From: Candidatus Latescibacterota bacterium | GTDB taxonomy: Bacteria > Latescibacterota > CBDEFO01 | DNA length: 64,000 nucleotides | Assembly (NCBI GenBank): GCA_965248755.1 | Contig: OZ252149.1 | Coordinates: 3,991,540 to 4,055,539, forward strand | Direction of reading: 5' to 3' | Shown: in pieces, positions 59,772 to 64,000 of the stretch | Layout: the number at the start of each line of letters is the position of its first letter | Numbering within the stretch: position 1 is the first letter of the stretch | Translations under genes and position numbers: made by a program | The notes under the pieces: model-generated | The model's database searches: none | Told to the model about the DNA's origin: nothing | What the model saw: the letters and a program-made list of their open reading frames with translations, nothing else

Positions 59772-60830
59772 TCAATCTCCAAAGTCTAACTTCCCGTTCA
59801 GTCCGTCCGTATGTCTGTATTCCAATTTGCCATCTTGGATGAAGAATATGAGGGCTTCGGCATTTTCGGTACCCTCTATGATTTCGATGGCGCTTTGCGG
59901 ACCCATAACGAAGGCGGCTGTAGATAAGATGTCGGCCTCAAGAGCACTTTCCGCCCAGACAGTTGTACTTACGGACCTGTCGGAAGGATAGCCGGTTTTG
60001 GGATCCAGGATGTGGTGGTATCGCTTTCCGTCTTCTTCGAAGAACTTCTCGTAGTCGCCCGATGTGGCGACGCATTCCAGATTAAGTCCATCGACGCCTA
60101 CTAAGGTGTCTGGGATCCTGGGATGTTGCACGTAGACTCTCCACTTACTTCCATCGGGCTTGACGCCAAAGAAACCTATATCTCCTCCCGCCTCTATGAG
60201 GGCGCCTTGAACTCCGCTTTGTTCAAGGACAGATAGGGCCTTATCCACTGCATAGCCCTTAGCGACAGCAGAAAGGTCGATTTGTGCTCCTGCTGTGATG
60301 CTAATACTATTACCTTCTATATGAATATTTTCGTATCCGACCGATGTGAGCGCCTTGTCGATTTCGTGAGGAGCAGGGACTTTTGGAGGGACAACTTCTG
60401 CAGTACGTTCTGAGTGGTGCGACCACTGCGGAGAAAAACCCCATAGCCTTCCGAGAGAGCCGACAGTTATGTCGAAAGCTCCATTTGTAAGCTGCGCGGC
60501 TTTCTGGGATTCAGTTACGACGTATAACAGTTCTTCGGAGACTGGGACAGGTCCATCTTGGGCTTTCGAGTTGATGAGCCAGAGTTCGCTCTTGTCCGAG
60601 TGGAAGCTCATCTTCTCTTCGATCCTCTGGATCTCTCGAAAGGCGCTGTCAATGAGTTTTAACGCCTGCTTCTGGTCCTCTTCTGATACTGTGACCGCCA
60701 CGAGTGTCCCCATCAGCGGACGGAGGGCAGTTTCAGGGGAGGCTTGCCCCTTATCTTTTAATTTCCATTTTATCAGGCCCGCTACTAAGAGAACCGCGCA
60801 GATCCAGATAAGTATTTTGGCTTTAGGCAT
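59772..60830 (-). CDS. apbE: FAD:protein FMN transferase
   Basis: MGT, GAFDITVG, DLSAVAKGYAVD, GGDI, ATSGDYE, YHHILDPKTG, ADILST. Confidence 0.93.
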   Translation of the reverse strand: MPKAKILIWICAVLLVAGLIKWKLKDKGQASPETALRPLMGTLVAVTVSEEDQKQALKLIDSAFREIQRIEEKMSFHSDKSELWLINSKAQDGPVPVSEELLYVVTESQKAAQLTNGAFDITVGSLGRLWGFSPQWSHHSERTAEVVPPKVPAPHEIDKALTSVGYENIHIEGNSISITAGAQIDLSAVAKGYAVDKALSVLEQSGVQGALIEAGGDIGFFGVKPDGSKWRVYVQHPRIPDTLVGVDGLNLECVATSGDYEKFFEEDGKRYHHILDPKTGYPSDRSVSTTVWAESALEADILSTAAFVMGPQSAIEIIEGTENAEALIFFIQDGKLEYRHTDGLNGKLDFGD

Positions 60831-60908
60831 CCCTTTGTATTACCAAACAGTAGTTAGGGACTTCCTCTTGCCTCTGTCCTCTGTTTACTGGCGACTTGCA
60901 TTTGGGGA

Positions 60909-61880
60909 TCAACTGCGCCGTTGGGTCACGTATCTGACAGCTTCTTTAAGCGTATCCACAGCTTCCGATTCTTCAAAATATTCCAACCGGCTTACAGCCA
61001 TCTGGACAAGCCTGCCGGCTTTTTCCCTGGCGTAGTCTATCCCGCCCTTGGCATTGACAAAATCTATTAGGTCTTTCCAATCGTCAGATCCTTCAAGGCC
61101 GTTCTGGATCTTTTGCTTTATTTCATCAGCCTCTCCGTCCCTGCAATTGGACAACGCTCTGATAAGGGGAAGCGTAACTTTGCCGTCTTTAATGTCGTGA
61201 CCCACCGGTTTTCCCACGACGCTCGAATCTCCTGTAAAATCCAGAAGATCATCTGTTATCTGGTAGGCCAATCCCAGGTCCTCTCCGTACTTGGTCATAA
61301 CCTCGATATTGTCAGGCGAAGCTCCGCCTAGGATAGCCCCGGACGTGGTGGCTGCGGACAGGAGCGAAGCGGTCTTATCACTTATGATCTGGAAATAGGT
61401 CTGCTCGCTCATGTCCAGTTCGAGTTTCTGCTCAATCTCCAGGATTTCGCCTCTGGAGATGCGTTCAGTAGCTGTGGATATGGCCCTGTTGACCGTGTTG
61501 GAACCTATGTCCACAAGAAGACATAATGCTTTTGAAAAGAGAAAGTCGCCCATAAGGACGGAGACCTGATTTTCCCAAATGGAGTTGACCGAACGACTGC
61601 CCCTTCTCATCTGAGAAGAGTCTATCACATCGTCGTGAGTGAGGGTCGCTGTGTGTATAAGTTCGACTACTACAGCCGCATCTACGACAGAAGCATTTAT
61701 CTTTCCGGCGGCTTTGGCTGTCAGCAGGGTCAAAGCAGGACGGAACCTCTTGCCCCTGATCAATAGCAGGTATTGGGCTATCTGATGGACCAGATTGACT
61801 TCAGAACTGAGGGCGTCTTTGAGGCGCTCTTCAAAGAGTTCCATCTCAGCCCTTATGGGCTCAATTATTCTTTCCAGCAT
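60909..61880 (-). CDS. Polyprenyl (octaprenyl-like) diphosphate synthase
   Basis: GKRFRP, ELIHTATLTHDDVID..RRG, KTA, QITDDLLD, GKVTLP. Confidence 0.93.
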   Translation of the reverse strand: MLERIIEPIRAEMELFEERLKDALSSEVNLVHQIAQYLLLIRGKRFRPALTLLTAKAAGKINASVVDAAVVVELIHTATLTHDDVIDSSQMRRGSRSVNSIWENQVSVLMGDFLFSKALCLLVDIGSNTVNRAISTATERISRGEILEIEQKLELDMSEQTYFQIISDKTASLLSAATTSGAILGGASPDNIEVMTKYGEDLGLAYQITDDLLDFTGDSSVVGKPVGHDIKDGKVTLPLIRALSNCRDGEADEIKQKIQNGLEGSDDWKDLIDFVNAKGGIDYAREKAGRLVQMAVSRLEYFEESEAVDTLKEAVRYVTQRRS

Positions 61881-61932
61881 ATACGTATAGTGTACGCCTT
61901 TAAATTAAAAGGATGAACAACGCAGGAATCAT

Positions 61933-61961
61933 AACTTAACAAAACATTCTCATCTTGTCAA
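61933..61961 (-). promoter_or_regulatory. Putative sigma70 promoter for the polyprenyl synthase-apbE-sxtJ-like unit
   Basis: Minus strand TTGACA, 17-bp spacer ending in TGn, then TAAGTT. Confidence 0.45.
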
Positions 61962-62015
61962 ATGAAATTCCTCCTGCAAGGTAAAGAAAATTCGGACTAT
62001 CAATCGAAAACAGGA

Positions 62016-63998
62016 TTATCGAGTCTTGGGAGAGGTATCGAAAATTTCGTCGAATATCTCTCTGTTTAAGATCATGAACTCTTCGAGTCTCTTCAGGAAA
62101 TTCTTGGAGCCTCTGAATCCTAGAGATCGGGAGAGCCTCAAGAGCCCCTCCTCGTCTTTAGGGAGGGTATTTCTGGATGTCTCGTCCACAATTCTTAAGG
62201 CTTTGAGGACGGAGCATATAAGAGAGTGGGATCGGATGAGGCGGTCAGCTTTATCTTTTGATATGAGCCTGTGCTTTTGGAGGCTTCTAAGGATTTGAAG
62301 GGTCCTTGTGGATTTGAGATCGGGATAAGATCGGGCGTCTTTGATTTGAAGCACCTGGGCGATGAACTCTATATCTGTGATACCGCCGATCCCAGATTTG
62401 ATGTTTATGAGGTCTTTGTATTTGATGCGGGAGTTATCTTCCATTTTAAGGCGCATTTTTCGTGTGTTATCGAAGAAGTTTTGATCTGCACCGCCTTCAA
62501 AGAGGAAGGAGTCTATCTCTTTCTGGAGGACATCACAGAGTTTTGGATCTCCCGATACGCATCTTGCTCTTGTAAGGGCGAGTCTTTCCCAGTCTGATGC
62601 TCTGTTCCTCAGGTATTTTCTGTGCGCGTCAAAGGATATTGCCAGGTTGGCATTTCTGCCCTCAGGCCTTAATCTGGCGTCAACTCTGTATATGTGGTTG
62701 TTCTGGAGTGTCCCGATTATGGCTTGGGACAGTTCGATGAAGAACTGTATATTCCCTGTTTTTCCCTTCCAGCCACTGGATGTGTAGCCTTCGTGCGAGT
62801 AGATAAAGAATAAATCGAGGTCCGAACCGAAGTTAAGTTCGTACCCCCCGAGTTTACCGAGGGCTAAAATAGCGAATTTGGACTCTTCTTTGTCTTCGGA
62901 AAGAGGGAGTCCGTATCTTTCGGCGAGCTTACCGAGGGAGAACCGGTAAACCTCTTCAAGGATCGTCCCTGCAAGGAGGGACAGTTGCCCAAAAGTCTCC
63001 TCTGTGGAGGATAGTCCGAGTGTGTCTCTTGCTCCTATTCGGAGGATGTGGCGATCTTTGAATGTGCAAAGACGGAGCAGAATGAGGTCTCTATCCTGGG
63101 CCTGGGATAGGAAGTGCGACAGGGAGGATTTGAAGTCCTCAAGCTCGTAGTTTCTATTTATGACGTTGGGTAGAAGGAGCCAATCTAAGAGTCCGGGGTC
63201 TCTGGACAGGAGGTCACAAAGGAAGTTGCTCTTGGAGCAAAGGGATACAACGACGTCGAGGAATTTTTCGTCTTCAGAGAGAAGATGATATAGGGTGTTG
63301 GGCGCTCCGTAGGCTCTAATGATCTTTCCAAGACCTGTAAGAGTCGAATCTGGATCGGGGGACGCTGAGAGTCTAGAGACGAGTTTAGGGGCAAGCTGGA
63401 TAAAGCTCGTCTGAGCTTTAGAGTCCTGGAGTTTGGGGAAGTGCCCGAAGGCCAGGAGAATCAGGTCTCTGTGAGCAGACCTTGTGTCGCTAAAACCGAG
63501 ACTCCTGAGGAGTCTTAAGGATGTGGTGTCTCCTATCTGGGAGTTAAGGAGGTTCTGGATTCTTATATCTATATCCTCGTGGTTATCTTCGATGAATATC
63601 TCACCGTAGATAGCCTTCACGTTTTGAGTATGAATCTCCAGTTGACTATCTAACTGGTGGCTATCCTTCAAATCAAGACTGATGGCAAGGGCGCGCAATC
63701 GAAGGGGATCGTCGGGGAGTTCGTAGGAATCCACGTTGTGAAATAGTTGGAGCCTGTGCTCGACCCTTCTGAAGAAGATGTAGGCATCGTTCAACTTTTG
63801 GGCTTCGTCACTTTCCAGATAGCCGAAGCCAGAAAGGGATCCTATAGCTTTAAGCGTGTTGTTGCTGGAGAGTTGTGGTTTGTGAGAGCCCGTCAAAAGT
63901 TGGAGATATTGGACTATAAATTCGATATCCCTGATCCCACCGGAACGGAGCTTGAGATGGGAATCGGACTTTTCCCCTGTACCGATGGCAGCTTCAAT
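62016..63998 (-). CDS. glnE: Glutamine synthetase adenylyltransferase/adenylyl-removing enzyme (5' end outside the window)
   Basis: LKLRSGGIRDIEFIVQ, RRVEHRLQ, LGKLGGYELNFGSDLD, RVDARLRPEG, WERLAL.RAR, IKSG.GG.TDIEF. Confidence 0.92.
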   Translation of the reverse strand: MEAAIGTGEKSDSHLKLRSGGIRDIEFIVQYLQLLTGSHKPQLSSNNTLKAIGSLSGFGYLESDEAQKLNDAYIFFRRVEHRLQLFHNVDSYELPDDPLRLRALAISLDLKDSHQLDSQLEIHTQNVKAIYGEIFIEDNHEDIDIRIQNLLNSQIGDTTSLRLLRSLGFSDTRSAHRDLILLAFGHFPKLQDSKAQTSFIQLAPKLVSRLSASPDPDSTLTGLGKIIRAYGAPNTLYHLLSEDEKFLDVVVSLCSKSNFLCDLLSRDPGLLDWLLLPNVINRNYELEDFKSSLSHFLSQAQDRDLILLRLCTFKDRHILRIGARDTLGLSSTEETFGQLSLLAGTILEEVYRFSLGKLAERYGLPLSEDKEESKFAILALGKLGGYELNFGSDLDLFFIYSHEGYTSSGWKGKTGNIQFFIELSQAIIGTLQNNHIYRVDARLRPEGRNANLAISFDAHRKYLRNRASDWERLALTRARCVSGDPKLCDVLQKEIDSFLFEGGADQNFFDNTRKMRLKMEDNSRIKYKDLINIKSGIGGITDIEFIAQVLQIKDARSYPDLKSTRTLQILRSLQKHRLISKDKADRLIRSHSLICSVLKALRIVDETSRNTLPKDEEGLLRLSRSLGFRGSKNFLKRLEEFMILNREIFDEIFDTSPKTR

Positions 63999-64000
63999 TT

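Overview
Gram-negative bacterial DNA (waaA/kdtA present) dominated by one co-directional ~56 kb Wzx/Wzy-type surface-polysaccharide locus (1555-57883). It lies between a broken gatA-like gene and the housekeeping genes waaA, apbE, a polyprenyl synthase and glnE. Besides wzc, wzy, wzx and many glycosyl- and methyltransferases, the locus carries several tailoring modules: (i) a carbamoyltransferase with a SxtK-like partner; (ii) ACP/FkbH/FkbM; (iii) a 2-hydroxyethylphosphonate pathway (PepM-cytidylyltransferase fusion, Ppd, NTP transferase, Fe-ADH, TagF-like transferase, sulfatase-fold protein); (iv) a higher-sugar module (GHMP kinase, GmhA, GmhB, transaldolase, SDR, Gfo/Idh/MocA) whose gene set resembles the lincosamide octose pathway. 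The locus is being reshaped by five copies of one IS3-family element, one IS1182-family element, duplications and pseudogenisation. The most unexpected signal is a 21-bp palindrome (CCCCGATWGAWKCWATCGGGG). It is inserted in frame, as 7 extra codons, in three unrelated genes, and out of frame in one IS copy. All calls come from reading motifs by eye; no database searches were run.
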